In this document: positions 12,067-21,958 of the stretch, piece after piece
Layout: every line of letters starts with the position of its first letter
How positions within the stretch are numbered: the stretch's first letter is position 1
Made by a program: the position numbers and the translations under genes
Assembly (NCBI GenBank): GCA_016190695.1
Contig: JACPQC010000005.1
Location: forward strand, 1,873 to 65,872
DNA from: Chloroflexota bacterium
Lineage (GTDB): Bacteria; Chloroflexota; Dehalococcoidia; Dehalococcoidales; RBG-16-60-22
DNA: 64,000 nucleotides
Direction: 5' to 3'
The notes under the pieces: model-generated
Database searches by the model: none
What the model saw: the letters and a program-made list of their open reading frames with translations, nothing else
What the model was told of the DNA's origin: nothing

Positions 12067-13579
12067 GTCCTTCTCCCTGAAAATAGCGTTCAAGCGCGAC
12101 AACCAGTCCGGGTATGGTATGCTCACCGGCCACCACGTCTACCTTCAGTCCGGCGGCAACGGCGGTCTCAGCCGTCTTCGGGCCGATACAGGCGATCCTG
12201 GCCCCGTTCCTCAGCGCCCCGGCGCCCAGCGCCGCCACCGCATTGGAAACGGTGGAAGAACTGGTGAAGGTGACCACGTCTATCTGGCCGGAGGCGAGCA
12301 TCTCTCCGGCGCGGGCGATTGCACCGGCGGCAGGCACGGTCCGGTAGGCAGTCACTTCCCGCACTTCCGCGCCCAGGGCGGTCAGTCCGTCAATTAAATC
12401 ACCGGGGGCGATATCGGCGCGGGCCAGCAGGAAACGCCGCCCGGACATATCCTGTCCCTTTAGCCCGGCGATGATGCCCTCGCTGGTGTAGTCCTCAGGT
12501 ACATAGTCAGGGCGGATACCCCTGGCCCGGATGGCCCCGGCGGTGGCCGGCCCAATAGCGCCTATCTTCAGACCTCCCATGGCGCGCCCGTCAAGTCCCA
12601 GGGCGTAGAGGCGGCCGAAAAAGGCATCCACGCCGTTGACACTGGTGAGTAATAGCCAGTCAAATTTATTCAGGTCTGCAATGGCCCGATCAAGCTCGAC
12701 AGTATCGGGGACAGGCTGGACATCGATGGCGGGAAGCTCCACCGGCCTTGCCCCGCGCTCCGAGAGCAGGCGGCTGAGTTCGCTGGCCTGGTGGCGCGAC
12801 CGGGTGACCAGCACCCGCTTGCCGAACAGGGGAAAGGCGTCAAACCAGCGCAGCTTTTCCCGCATCCGCACCACCTCGCCGACTACGGTGATAGCCGGTG
12901 AAGTTATGCGTTGCCGCTGTACCATCTCCACGATGGTCTCCAGTGTGCCGACCACGGTGCGCTGGGCGGGACCGGCGCCATCCTTTATCACCGCCGCAGG
13001 GGTGTTGGGCGCACGCCCGTGCTCGACGAGCCTGGCCACGATCTGGGGCAGGTTCCTGACGCCCATGAGAAAGATAAGTGTGTCCACACCGGTGGCCAGT
13101 TTATCCCAGGCGATATTTGAGCCGTTCTTGGCCGGGTCTTCGTGACCGGTCACCACTGCCAGCGAAGACGACAGTCCCCGGTGCGTCACCGGTATGCCGG
13201 CATAGGCAGGCACCGCCACCGCCGAGGTGACGCCGGGGACTACCTGGAAGGGAATCCCGGCATCTACCAGCGTCTCGGCCTCCTCGCCGCCCCGCCCCAG
13301 CACGAAGGGGTCGCCCCCCTTGAGCCGGACCACCGTCTTGCCCTCGCCGGCCAGTTCCACCAGCAGGCGGTTTATCTCCTCCTGGGACATGGCATGCCTG
13401 TCCGGGGCCTTGCCCACGTATATTCTTTCCGCGTCGGCCGGGGCGTAGTCCAGCAATCGTTCATCGATGAGCCGGTCATAGACCACGACATCGGCCTGCT
13501 TGAGCCGTTCCACGCCCCTCACCGTAATCAGGCCGGGGTCTCCGGGGCCTGCGCCCACCAGGTACACTTTACCTTTCAC
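12059..13579 (-). CDS. cobA: Fused uroporphyrinogen-III C-methyltransferase / uroporphyrinogen-III synthase (CobA-HemD)
   Basis: [11 protein letters not shown] and RLKGGDPF, then a HemD half (VLVTR, TSVNGV, FTSSST, CIGPKT). GTG start inferred. Confidence 0.93.
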   Translation of the reverse strand: MKGKVYLVGAGPGDPGLITVRGVERLKQADVVVYDRLIDERLLDYAPADAERIYVGKAPDRHAMSQEEINRLLVELAGEGKTVVRLKGGDPFVLGRGGEEAETLVDAGIPFQVVPGVTSAVAVPAYAGIPVTHRGLSSSLAVVTGHEDPAKNGSNIAWDKLATGVDTLIFLMGVRNLPQIVARLVEHGRAPNTPAAVIKDGAGPAQRTVVGTLETIVEMVQRQRITSPAITVVGEVVRMREKLRWFDAFPLFGKRVLVTRSRHQASELSRLLSERGARPVELPAIDVQPVPDTVELDRAIADLNKFDWLLLTSVNGVDAFFGRLYALGLDGRAMGGLKIGAIGPATAGAIRARGIRPDYVPEDYTSEGIIAGLKGQDMSGRRFLLARADIAPGDLIDGLTALGAEVREVTAYRTVPAAGAIARAGEMLASGQIDVVTFTSSSTVSNAVAALGAGALRNGARIACIGPKTAETAVAAGLKVDVVAGEHTIPGLVVALERYFQGEGHG

Positions 13580-14498
13580 CGCCGACCACCTCAGCGAGCA
13601 GTTCACCGGCCCCCATAGCCAGCATCTTCTGCGCCAGGCGCAAGCCTACCTCTTCGGGGCTGCCGGCATCGCCCTCTTCCCTGTCCCGCAGCATCTTTAG
13701 GCCGGCGGCATCGGCCACCATGCCCTCCAGCTTCAGCCTATCACCTTCGATAGCGCCCAGGGCGGCGATGGGGGCGCGACATCCGCCGCCGACTTCCTTC
13801 AGGAAAGCGCGCTCGGCTGCGGTCGCCTGCCAGGCGGCCAGGTCGTTGAGCGTGGCCAGTATCTCAGACATATGCGCGTCATCCGAACGGGCCTCGATGA
13901 CCAGCGCACCCTGCCCCACCGCAGGCAGAAAATCGTCCACGCATAGATATTGACTAATCCTGTCCTCCCAGCCGAGGCGGACCAGTGCAGCCGCAGCCAG
14001 CACCACCGCGTCCAGTTCGCTATCGTATACCTTGCGCAGCCTGGTATCCACGTTGCCCCTGACGCTGGCGATCACGAGGTCGGGACGCCGCCGGAGCAAT
14101 TGCACCGAGCGTCTCAGGCTGCCCGTGCCCACCACCGCCCCCGGAGGCAGGTCTTCCAGGCCGCCCGCCCTGGCCACCAGGACATCGCAGGGGTCAAGTC
14201 GCTCGGGAACGGCGGCCAGGTACAGGCCCTCCGGCATCTCGGTGGGGACATCCTTGAGGCTGTGCACCGCCAGGTCGATCCTGCCGTCGAGCAGCGCCTC
14301 CTCCAGTTCCTTGACGAATACGCCGATGCCGCCCATCCGCTCCAGGCTGACATGGGTGGCCCGGTCGCCGTAGGTCTTGACCCTTTCGATGGTGATTTCA
14401 AGATGCGGGTGACGCTTCCTGAGCCGGTCGGCCACTGAATGCGCCTGCACCATGGCCAGCTTGCTGCCGCGTGAGCCGATGACTATTCTTTCTCGCAC
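13569..14498 (-). CDS. hemC: Hydroxymethylbilane synthase
   Basis: GSRGSKLA, AVHSLKD, GTGSLRR, RGNVDTR, PAVGQG, GGCRAP. Confidence 0.97.
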   Translation of the reverse strand: MRERIVIGSRGSKLAMVQAHSVADRLRKRHPHLEITIERVKTYGDRATHVSLERMGGIGVFVKELEEALLDGRIDLAVHSLKDVPTEMPEGLYLAAVPERLDPCDVLVARAGGLEDLPPGAVVGTGSLRRSVQLLRRRPDLVIASVRGNVDTRLRKVYDSELDAVVLAAAALVRLGWEDRISQYLCVDDFLPAVGQGALVIEARSDDAHMSEILATLNDLAAWQATAAERAFLKEVGGGCRAPIAALGAIEGDRLKLEGMVADAAGLKMLRDREEGDAGSPEEVGLRLAQKMLAMGAGELLAEVVGGER

Positions 14499-15754
14499 TT
14501 TTCCTCTTCCTGTTCCAGTTGAAACACGCGGCTTATCGTCCTGGCGCCGTCCCCGTTGCCGTTACCATGCGCTTTAATATATTTGATGGGGTCCTGAAGT
14601 AGCTTGATCACTATGGACCGGGTCATCATATCCAGGTTGTAGCGCTCCTCCTCGGTCATCGGCCTTAGCTTCTTGAGGGTCTTGCTCAACTGTGCCTGGC
14701 GAATATCTTCCGCCTTCTGCATCAGGTTGCTGACCAGTGGCTTGACTTCGTAGTCATGACGCCAGGCGTTAAACCCGGCGACTTCATCGGAGATGATGGC
14801 CTCCGCCTTCCTCACCTCACCCTGGCGCTGGCGGCGGTTGGCATCGGCGATCTTCACCAGGTCGTCAATATTATGTAAAAAGACGTTGTTCATTCCGGCC
14901 ACGGACGGCTCCACGTTGCGAGGCACGGCGATGTCTATAATGACCATTGGCCGGTCCGGCCGGCGGGACACGGCTTCCTGAATTTTGGCGGCATCCAGTA
15001 TCCAGCGAGGGGCGTAGGCGCAGGTGACAACGATATCGCAGGCGTCCAGGGCCGGAGCCAGTTCAGCCATCTTCACCGAAGTGCCGTCCAGGCTGGATGC
15101 CAGAGCCAGGGCCCGCCGCTCTGTCCGGCTGGACACCAGTATCCGCTTGACTCCCCTGTCCCTGGCCGCCCTGGCCACCAGTCCCCCCGCCTCACCAGCC
15201 CCGATGACGAGCATCTGGCAGCCTGCCAGGTCGCCCACCACCTGCTCCGCCAGGTCTACCGCGACCGAGCTTACCGACAGGGCGTTCTTGCTTATCCCTG
15301 TCTCCTGGCGCACCCGCCGCCCGGTGCGGATGGCGGCCTGGAAGAGGTGCCGCAGAGGGGCGCTGGCCATCGCAGCCTCCACCGCGGCATCGAGGGCCTG
15401 CTTGACCTGGCCCAGTATCTCGTGTTCGCCGACAATCATCGATTCCAGGCCGGCGGCGACGCGGAACAGGTGCTCCACCGCCTCGCTGTCCCTGAAGGAG
15501 TAGATATGCCGGGACATATCGCAGCCATTGTGCCCCAGGTGAGTCTCCAGAAACCTGAGGCCCGCGTCATGACAGCCGGATTCACCGGCGAGATAAATCT
15601 CGGTACGGTTGCAGGTGGACAGCACCACCCCTTGCGCCGCGTATTCACGCAGCCCCGCCAGGGAATCGGCGAGCTTGCTCGCCCTGACGGCGGCCTTTTC
15701 ACGGACGTCCACCGGCGCGGTGCGGTGATTGATGCCTACCAGTTCGATCAGCAT
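14483..15754 (-). CDS. hemA: Glutamyl-tRNA reductase
   Basis: GINHRTAP, LSTCNRTEIY, GEHEILGQ, IGAGE, DIAVPRN. Confidence 0.96.
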   Translation of the reverse strand: MLIELVGINHRTAPVDVREKAAVRASKLADSLAGLREYAAQGVVLSTCNRTEIYLAGESGCHDAGLRFLETHLGHNGCDMSRHIYSFRDSEAVEHLFRVAAGLESMIVGEHEILGQVKQALDAAVEAAMASAPLRHLFQAAIRTGRRVRQETGISKNALSVSSVAVDLAEQVVGDLAGCQMLVIGAGEAGGLVARAARDRGVKRILVSSRTERRALALASSLDGTSVKMAELAPALDACDIVVTCAYAPRWILDAAKIQEAVSRRPDRPMVIIDIAVPRNVEPSVAGMNNVFLHNIDDLVKIADANRRQRQGEVRKAEAIISDEVAGFNAWRHDYEVKPLVSNLMQKAEDIRQAQLSKTLKKLRPMTEEERYNLDMMTRSIVIKLLQDPIKYIKAHGNGNGDGARTISRVFQLEQEEEKCEKE

Positions 15755-15779
15755 GTCCCGATCACCTCTAATCTTGCTT

Positions 15780-16418
15780 CTAAGCCATGAAGTGGTCCAG
15801 CAAAGCGGCCCTGGCCCCGGCCTCGTCGCCGTTATTTAGTCGCTCCAGCAGGGTCTCCAGTTCCAGCGCCTCCTGCCAGGTATCGCCATCGAACTTCCTG
15901 CCCTGCCGCCTCAGCTCTTCACGCACCTCCCCGACCAGGCCGGCCAGGGCTTCATAGCCATCGCCAAACCTGCGCTCCAGGTCGGTGCGTATCCGCCGCG
16001 CCAGGGCGGGACTCTTTCCCGCGGTGGAGACGGCTATGGTCACATCACCGCGGCGGAAGTAGGACGGCACGATGAAGTCCGAATTGCCGGCATCATCAAC
16101 CACGTTGACCAGCACGCCGATGCTCCTGGCCTCTGCGGACACCCTGAGATTGATGCCGACATCACCGGTGGCTGCGATGGCTATGACCGCTCCGGCGAGG
16201 TCTCCCTGCCGGTATTCCCGTTTCAGTAGCTGCACCTGGCCGGTCTCCACCAGGCCCGCCATCTCCGGGCAGACTTCCGGGCTGACCACGACCACACCGG
16301 CGGAGTGCTCCAGGAGCATCTTCACCTTGCGCAGGGCCACTTGGCCGCCACCCACCACCAGGCACTTTTTGCCGGTGAGGTCCAGGAAGAGCGGGTAGTA
16401 CACCCTATCATTGGTCAT
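15780..16418 (-). CDS. sirC: Precorrin-2 dehydrogenase / sirohydrochlorin ferrochelatase (CysG N-terminal, Met8/SirC type)
   Basis: YPLFLDL, VVGGGQVA, VNVVD, STAGKSPALAR. Confidence 0.9.
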   Translation of the reverse strand: MTNDRVYYPLFLDLTGKKCLVVGGGQVALRKVKMLLEHSAGVVVVSPEVCPEMAGLVETGQVQLLKREYRQGDLAGAVIAIAATGDVGINLRVSAEARSIGVLVNVVDDAGNSDFIVPSYFRRGDVTIAVSTAGKSPALARRIRTDLERRFGDGYEALAGLVGEVREELRRQGRKFDGDTWQEALELETLLERLNNGDEAGARAALLDHFMA

Positions 16419-16435
16419 ACCAGCTTTGTCCCCAA

Positions 16436-16555
16436 TGTCATTCTGAGGAACGGAGTGACGAAGAATCTCGGGCCGGGGTAAATATGCACAAGACCTCTAC
16501 CCCGATACCCTTCGCTGCGTTTACACTGAGCGGTGCGAATGTGCTCAGGGTGACA
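16436..16555. repeat. TGTC-type REP palindrome inside the heme operon
   Basis: TGTCATTCTGAG...CGAAGAATCTCGG...CCGATACCCTTCG...CTCAGGGTGACA. Confidence 0.75.
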
Positions 16556-16584
16556 CGATGTTTTCACTTTTGAGATAAGACCGC

Positions 16585-17556
16585 TCATACCAGGTACTTG
16601 ATCCTCGCCTTCTTGAACTCCCTGGTGCTGAACAGCAGCACGCAGTCATCCAGGCCCGTCTCCCGGGACATCCTGCCCGCAATCTCGCGGCACTGTTCTT
16701 CGGCATGGGCGTGTATCATAGCGAAGAGATTGTAGCGCCACAGCGGGTTGGTACGCCTCTCGTAGCAGTGGCTCACCTCGGACAGGGAGGCCAGCCTCTG
16801 GCCCATCTCGTCCACCTGCTCCGGCGGGGCGGCCCAGCAGGTCATGGCGTTGGCCCTGAAACCGGCCTTGCGGTGGTTCAGCGAAGCCCCAAAACGGCGG
16901 ACGATGCCGCGCTCCACCAGCGACCGGCACCCCTCCAGGAAGTCGGCCACCTCCATGCCCGCCCCTGCCGCCATGCCGGCGAAGGGGGTGGGGACTAGGG
17001 GCAACTCGTTCTGGATGGCATTGATCACCGTCCGGTCTCCGGCGGACAACTGGACTTCCTGCGGCAGCTCGCCGCCGGGCATCTGGGCGCGGGCCGGCTG
17101 CTCCTCGCCGTCCATGGCGAAATAGACGCCTATCTTGAACAGCTTCAGCGCCGGTAGCTCAAAGGCGGCCTCGGCCCCCGAAGCACGGGCCATGCGTTCC
17201 ACCTCCGCAGCAACATCACAGTCCGGCGGCACTGCCAGGGTGTACCACAGGTTGAACTCGTGGTTGCGCTCATAGCAATGGCTCACTCCCTGGTGCTGGC
17301 CGATGACAGCGGCGGCCTCCTCCAGGCGCGGACGGGCCACTTTTACGGCCACCAGTGTGCTCCGGAAGCCCAGCCGCCTGGCGTCAACCACCGGGCTTAT
17401 CTGCCGGATGAGCCGCTCCGCTCTCAACTGCTTGAGGCGTTCGATGACCTCGTCTTCGGCCACCCCCAGCTTCTCCCCCAGGTCAGCGTAAGGCCTGGAG
17501 CTAAGCGGGAAAGCGGCCTGCACCAGGTCCAGTAGTTTCTTATCGGTATTATCCAA
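16585..17556 (-). CDS. ahbAB: Siroheme decarboxylase, fused AhbA-AhbB (NirDL/GH-like)
   Basis: Two AsnC-like halves, each with VSHCYER and (F/Y)NL(W/F); operon context with ahbC/ahbD. Confidence 0.9.
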   Translation of the reverse strand: MDNTDKKLLDLVQAAFPLSSRPYADLGEKLGVAEDEVIERLKQLRAERLIRQISPVVDARRLGFRSTLVAVKVARPRLEEAAAVIGQHQGVSHCYERNHEFNLWYTLAVPPDCDVAAEVERMARASGAEAAFELPALKLFKIGVYFAMDGEEQPARAQMPGGELPQEVQLSAGDRTVINAIQNELPLVPTPFAGMAAGAGMEVADFLEGCRSLVERGIVRRFGASLNHRKAGFRANAMTCWAAPPEQVDEMGQRLASLSEVSHCYERRTNPLWRYNLFAMIHAHAEEQCREIAGRMSRETGLDDCVLLFSTREFKKARIKYLV

Positions 17557-18691
17557 TCAGACCCCCGTTATCGTTGTTTCTCCGTTTAGCCACCGGCTCA
17601 TAGATGCAGTACGGCTCGGCGTCGAGATAGTCCGCAGTACTCTCATAGGCGCGCGCCCGGCAGCCGCCGCATATCCTCCGATACTCGCACACGCCGCATT
17701 TCCCCTTGATGTTGGCCAGGTCTCTCAGGCTATTGAATAACGGCGATTCCGCCCATACCCGGTCGAAGCCCTGCTCCCTGACGTTGCCTGCCGGGATATC
17801 CAGGTAGCCGCAGCCCTGCACCACGCCGCGGTGCGATATGAAGCAGAACCCGGTACCGGCCATGCAGCCCCGTGTAAGGGAATGCATTGGGGGATGAGTG
17901 GCGGACTGATGGTCAGACGGCATGGTCTTGCCCTCTGACTTGCGCCGCTGCGTGGTCACCCTCATATAGTGGGGGGCGCAGGTGGGCTTGAACTGCATGG
18001 AATCGCCCAGTTCGGACTGCCGGTCGTAAAGCCAGTTCAGCGCCTGCTCGTATTGCTCCGGGGATAGCTCCACCGACTCCAGCCCCTTGCCCCGGCCAGT
18101 GGGGACGAGCAGGAAGGGGTGAAAGGAGGCGGCCCCCATTCCCAGCGCAATCTTCAGCAGGTCGTCCAGGTACTGGATGTTCAGTTTGGTGATGGTGCTG
18201 TTGACCTGTAGCTCGATTCCGGCGCGGCGGGCGTTGGTCATTCCGGCGATGGCGGCATCATAGGCCCCGGCCTGCCCCCGGAAGTTGTCCTGAAGCTCAG
18301 GGGTAGGGAAGTCCAGGCTGATGCCCAGCCGTGATACCGGCACTGTTTTCAGGGTGGCGGCGGTGGCCTCGCTTATCAGCGTGCCGTTGCTGCCCATCAC
18401 CACCCTCAGCCCCTTGCCGACGGCATAACGGGCGATGTCCAGGCAATCAGGCCGCATCAGCGGTTCACCGCCGCTGAGTATCAGTATGGGACGGCCTATC
18501 TCCAGTATCTGGTCGATGACCCGGAAACATTCCCCGGTGGAAAGCTCGCCGCTGAACTGGCCCTGTCCCGCCGAGCCGCGGCAGTGGGCGCAGTAGAGGT
18601 TGCAACTGCGGGTAAGCTCCCAGGCCACCAGCCGCAGCGCCGGGATGATGATATCCCCCCGCCGGAACTCGTTCTTCATTTCAATGGTCAT
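17549..18691 (-). CDS. ahbD: Radical SAM/SPASM heme b synthase AhbD
   Basis: LVAWELTRSCNLYCAHC, LVPTGRG, KPTCAPHY, SPASM Cys cluster GGCRARAY. Confidence 0.88.
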   Translation of the reverse strand: MTIEMKNEFRRGDIIIPALRLVAWELTRSCNLYCAHCRGSAGQGQFSGELSTGECFRVIDQILEIGRPILILSGGEPLMRPDCLDIARYAVGKGLRVVMGSNGTLISEATAATLKTVPVSRLGISLDFPTPELQDNFRGQAGAYDAAIAGMTNARRAGIELQVNSTITKLNIQYLDDLLKIALGMGAASFHPFLLVPTGRGKGLESVELSPEQYEQALNWLYDRQSELGDSMQFKPTCAPHYMRVTTQRRKSEGKTMPSDHQSATHPPMHSLTRGCMAGTGFCFISHRGVVQGCGYLDIPAGNVREQGFDRVWAESPLFNSLRDLANIKGKCGVCEYRRICGGCRARAYESTADYLDAEPYCIYEPVAKRRNNDNGGLIG

Positions 18692-19857
18692 CGGGCCACC
18701 CCTATCTCTTCATCGGTCAAATAGCAGGCCGGGTCATCGCCCCAGACGTCTCCGGAGACGGCCTCGGCCCGCACCCGCAGATTGCCATTGCAAACGCCGA
18801 GGTACTGGCAGCGGCCGCAGCGACCCCGGAGCAGGGACTTGCGCTCCTTCAGCCCCCGGAGCAATGGTTCGGAAGTGTCCATCCAGATATCCCCGAACTT
18901 TCGCTGGCGCACGTTGCCCAGCGAATAGTGCCACCAGAACTGGTCGGGATGGACGTTGCCCCGGTCGTCCACCGCCCCTATCCTGATGCCGGAGTTGTTG
19001 CCGCCGTTCATGCCGAGCAACTCCAGCACCGCGGCGGCTCGCTGGGGGTCGCTTTTCTTGAGCCTGGTATACAAGTAGACGCCGTCGGCGTGGTTGCCCA
19101 CGGTGAGGATCTCCTTGCGCAGGCCCCGCCGGTAGAAGTCAAGGGTGCGCTCAGCGATGAGGTCTACCACTTCCCTGGTCTGGGTGTGGCTGATGTCCTC
19201 CTGGCGCAGGCTGCCGCCCCTCCCGGAGTAAGCCAGGTGGTAGAAGCAGGCGCGGTCAATGCCCTCGTCCTCTATCAGTTGAAGGATGTCCGGTATCTCC
19301 CGGTAGTTGAACCGGGTTATGGTCAGCCGCAGCGACACACGGATGCCCAGGTCGACGCAGTAACGGATGCCGCGCAGTGCCGCCTGGAAAGCGCCGTTGC
19401 GACCCCGGAAGTGGTCGTTGTTGGCGCCGATGCCGTCCAGGCTTATGCCCACCTCGGCAAAGCCCAGCTCGCCGAGCCTGCCGGCCTGCCGATGGTCGAT
19501 AACCGTGCCGTTGGTCGACAGGGCCACCCTCAGACCCCGCTCCCTGGCCAGGGCGGCCAGTTCGAAAAGGTCCTGCCTGAGCATCGGCTCGCCGCCGGAG
19601 AACAACAGCACCGGCACGCCGAAGTCGGCCAGGTCATTGATAAAGGCGCGGGCGGCGGCGGTATCCATTTCATCGGGAGAACGCTGGTTGCCGGCGCTGG
19701 CATAGCAGTGAAGGCATTCCAGGTTACAGCGCCTGGTGCAGTTCCACACCACCACCGGGCGTGGGGCTTTATCGGGGTTGGATGTATGTCTGGGGCCATA
19801 GCGCAGGTTATCGCCGGGGCTGACCCCGTCACAGAGCAAACGAGATATAGAAATCAC
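18688..19857 (-). CDS. ahbC: Radical SAM 12,18-didecarboxysiroheme deacetylase AhbC (NirJ1-like)
   Basis: PVVVWNCTRRCNLECLHCY, CFYHLAYSGRG, LTVGNHADG, VHPDQFW, CNGNLRVRA, DPACYL. Confidence 0.9.
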   Translation of the reverse strand: MISISRLLCDGVSPGDNLRYGPRHTSNPDKAPRPVVVWNCTRRCNLECLHCYASAGNQRSPDEMDTAAARAFINDLADFGVPVLLFSGGEPMLRQDLFELAALARERGLRVALSTNGTVIDHRQAGRLGELGFAEVGISLDGIGANNDHFRGRNGAFQAALRGIRYCVDLGIRVSLRLTITRFNYREIPDILQLIEDEGIDRACFYHLAYSGRGGSLRQEDISHTQTREVVDLIAERTLDFYRRGLRKEILTVGNHADGVYLYTRLKKSDPQRAAAVLELLGMNGGNNSGIRIGAVDDRGNVHPDQFWWHYSLGNVRQRKFGDIWMDTSEPLLRGLKERKSLLRGRCGRCQYLGVCNGNLRVRAEAVSGDVWGDDPACYLTDEEIGVAR

Positions 19858-20498
19858 CCTGAATTTCCTCCTTTGTCCTGGCCCTGGCGCGACTGGTGCG
19901 CCTCAACCAGTGATACCAGGGCCTCATCGGTGACGCGCGTCACCAGCGGAATAGCTTCAGCCATGCGGCTGGTGGAGGCCTGCTTTTTCTTCATCACCTG
20001 GACGGCGGTATCCATAATAGGGCTGCGGTGGGCCACGAATGCCTCCACTGACTCGGTCAGGGAAAGGCCAAGCTCGGCCAGGGTCGCCCCCAGGTCCCGG
20101 CCTACGTCACGGGTCATGTCCACGATCAGTGGCCGGCGCGAAGGTTCGGCCAGATAGCGGATGATCAGGCTGAGCAACTGCCGTCCCAGCCGGGCCAGGT
20201 GAGACTGTTGCTCCGGGCTGAGGTGGCCGTACCAGTGGGCGTCCTTGAAGTAAGAACGGGAGGTCTCCCTGAGCAGCTCGGCGCTGTCTTCCAGGCTCAC
20301 CGCCAGGTCCCTCATGCCCAGCATCCTGACATGGGAATGCATCAGCTTCTTCAGGTCGGCGGGATAGTAGCGCCGGTGTCCGCCGGGGGTGACAAAGGCC
20401 TTTATCTTGCCTTCATCGGTCCACTGCCTCAAGGCGGCCTCGCTGACACCCAGTATGCGGCTCGCTTCGCTGATGCTCACCAGGGGCTCTTGGAGCAA
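19854..20498 (-). CDS. BldC/MerR-like (excisionase-type HTH) regulator with an all-helical C-terminal domain
   Basis: ISEASRILGVSEAALRQWTDEGKIKAFVTPGGHRRY. First gene of the heme operon; overlaps ahbC by 4 nt. Confidence 0.8.
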   Translation of the reverse strand: MLQEPLVSISEASRILGVSEAALRQWTDEGKIKAFVTPGGHRRYYPADLKKLMHSHVRMLGMRDLAVSLEDSAELLRETSRSYFKDAHWYGHLSPEQQSHLARLGRQLLSLIIRYLAEPSRRPLIVDMTRDVGRDLGATLAELGLSLTESVEAFVAHRSPIMDTAVQVMKKKQASTSRMAEAIPLVTRVTDEALVSLVEAHQSRQGQDKGGNSG

Positions 20499-20540
20499 GA
20501 AAGTCTCCTTGACGGGAATGCGGCCAAAACTGCTACAGCC

Positions 20541-20572
20541 TCTAAAAATCTATGAAAATCTACAATTACATA
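20541..20572 (-). promoter_or_regulatory. Candidate direct-repeat operator upstream of the heme operon
   Basis: AAAATCTA at 20545 and 20555 (10-bp period), with degenerate flanking copies (TCTA 20541, CATA 20569). Confidence 0.4.
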
Positions 20573-20693
20573 GTTAGTTTAAGCTATATCCCGCCCTGAA
20601 CGCAAGGCGATACCCGTTAAATAACTGCTCGATAATTCCCGCATAATACCCTATAACTCCACAATTTTTGCCCTATATCGTTGCAGTCACCGG

Positions 20694-21950
20694 TCAGTCG
20701 CCCTGCTGGGCTGCATGTTGCTCGATGGCGCGCAGGCGCTCCCTCAGCGGCGGGTGAGAGTAGTTCAGAAAGGCATAGAAAGGGTGCGGCGTCAGGTTGG
20801 ACAGGTTGTTCGCCGCCAGCTTCTTCAGCGCCTCGGCCAGGCTCAGTGGCTCTTCTGTGGTCCTGGCGGCAAAACGGTCAGCCTCAGACTCGTTCCGGCG
20901 GGATAGCGCGTGCAGCGCCAGGGACAGCACCATCTCCACCGGGGTGTAGAGCAGGCCGAAGAACACCAGCCCGGCATAGACCGACGCCGCTGCCATGCCG
21001 AAGGCCTGGTACAGGCCGGGGCTGCCCAGGAACAGCGTCAGCAGATAGAGCACCAGCCCGGAGTGCAGGATGCTTATCACCGTCCCCTGGATGATATGCT
21101 TCTTGCGGTAGTGGCCGATCTCATGGGCGAGCACTGCTACCATCTCGGGGACGGTATGCCTGGAGATAAGGGTATCAAAGAGGGCGATGCGCTTGTTCTT
21201 GCCGAAGCCGATGAAGAAGGCGTTGGACTTGCTGCTGCGCCTTGAGCCGTCCATGACCAGGACGTTGCGTACCGGGAAGCGCACCGACCGGGCGTAGTCC
21301 AGGATGGCCTGCCTCAGCTCGCCGTCGGGGAGAGGGGTGAACTTGTTGAACAGGGGCATGATCCAGGTGGGGGCGATGTACTGCACCGCCAGGGAAAAGA
21401 GGATAATGGCCGCCCAGGCGTAGAGCCAGGCATAAGCCCCGGCGTACATGAACAGCCAGAGCACCGCTGCCAGAAGCGGCCCGCCCAGCAGGACGGCCAG
21501 CGCCAGTCCCTTGACATGGTCCAGGGCAAAAGTGCGCGGCGTGGTCCGGTTGAAACCGAAGCGCTCCTCGATGACAAAGGTGGCATAGGCGCCGAAGGGA
21601 AGCGACAATACCGAAGAGCCGATCACCAGGAGGCCGGTGTACAGCAGCCCGTTGACCAGGGACCCGAAACCCCAGGCCCGTACCGCCTCGTCCAGGAAAT
21701 TGAAGCCGCCGGCAAACCAGAAGACGAGCAACACTGCCATCCTGAAGGCGCCGGTGTAAATGCCGAAGCGGGTGTTGGTGCGGACATACTGCTGGGAGCG
21801 GCGATATTCTTCTGGTGGATAAATTCCTTTAAGGTCCGGGGGCGGCTCAAGTTTCAATGCCCTGAGATTGAGCAGGTCGGCCACGAGGCCAATGACGAAG
21901 TCCAGCAGCAGGGCCGCCAGGACGATGACGAAAAAGACGTTTATGACCAT
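20694..21950 (-). CDS. M48 family (STE24-like) membrane metalloprotease
   Basis: Multiple TM helices, GSRRSSKSNAFF, VLAHEIGH, ESEAD, YSHPPL. Confidence 0.93.
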   Translation of the reverse strand: MVINVFFVIVLAALLLDFVIGLVADLLNLRALKLEPPPDLKGIYPPEEYRRSQQYVRTNTRFGIYTGAFRMAVLLVFWFAGGFNFLDEAVRAWGFGSLVNGLLYTGLLVIGSSVLSLPFGAYATFVIEERFGFNRTTPRTFALDHVKGLALAVLLGGPLLAAVLWLFMYAGAYAWLYAWAAIILFSLAVQYIAPTWIMPLFNKFTPLPDGELRQAILDYARSVRFPVRNVLVMDGSRRSSKSNAFFIGFGKNKRIALFDTLISRHTVPEMVAVLAHEIGHYRKKHIIQGTVISILHSGLVLYLLTLFLGSPGLYQAFGMAAASVYAGLVFFGLLYTPVEMVLSLALHALSRRNESEADRFAARTTEEPLSLAEALKKLAANNLSNLTPHPFYAFLNYSHPPLRERLRAIEQHAAQQGD

Positions 21951-21958
21951 ATCGGATG

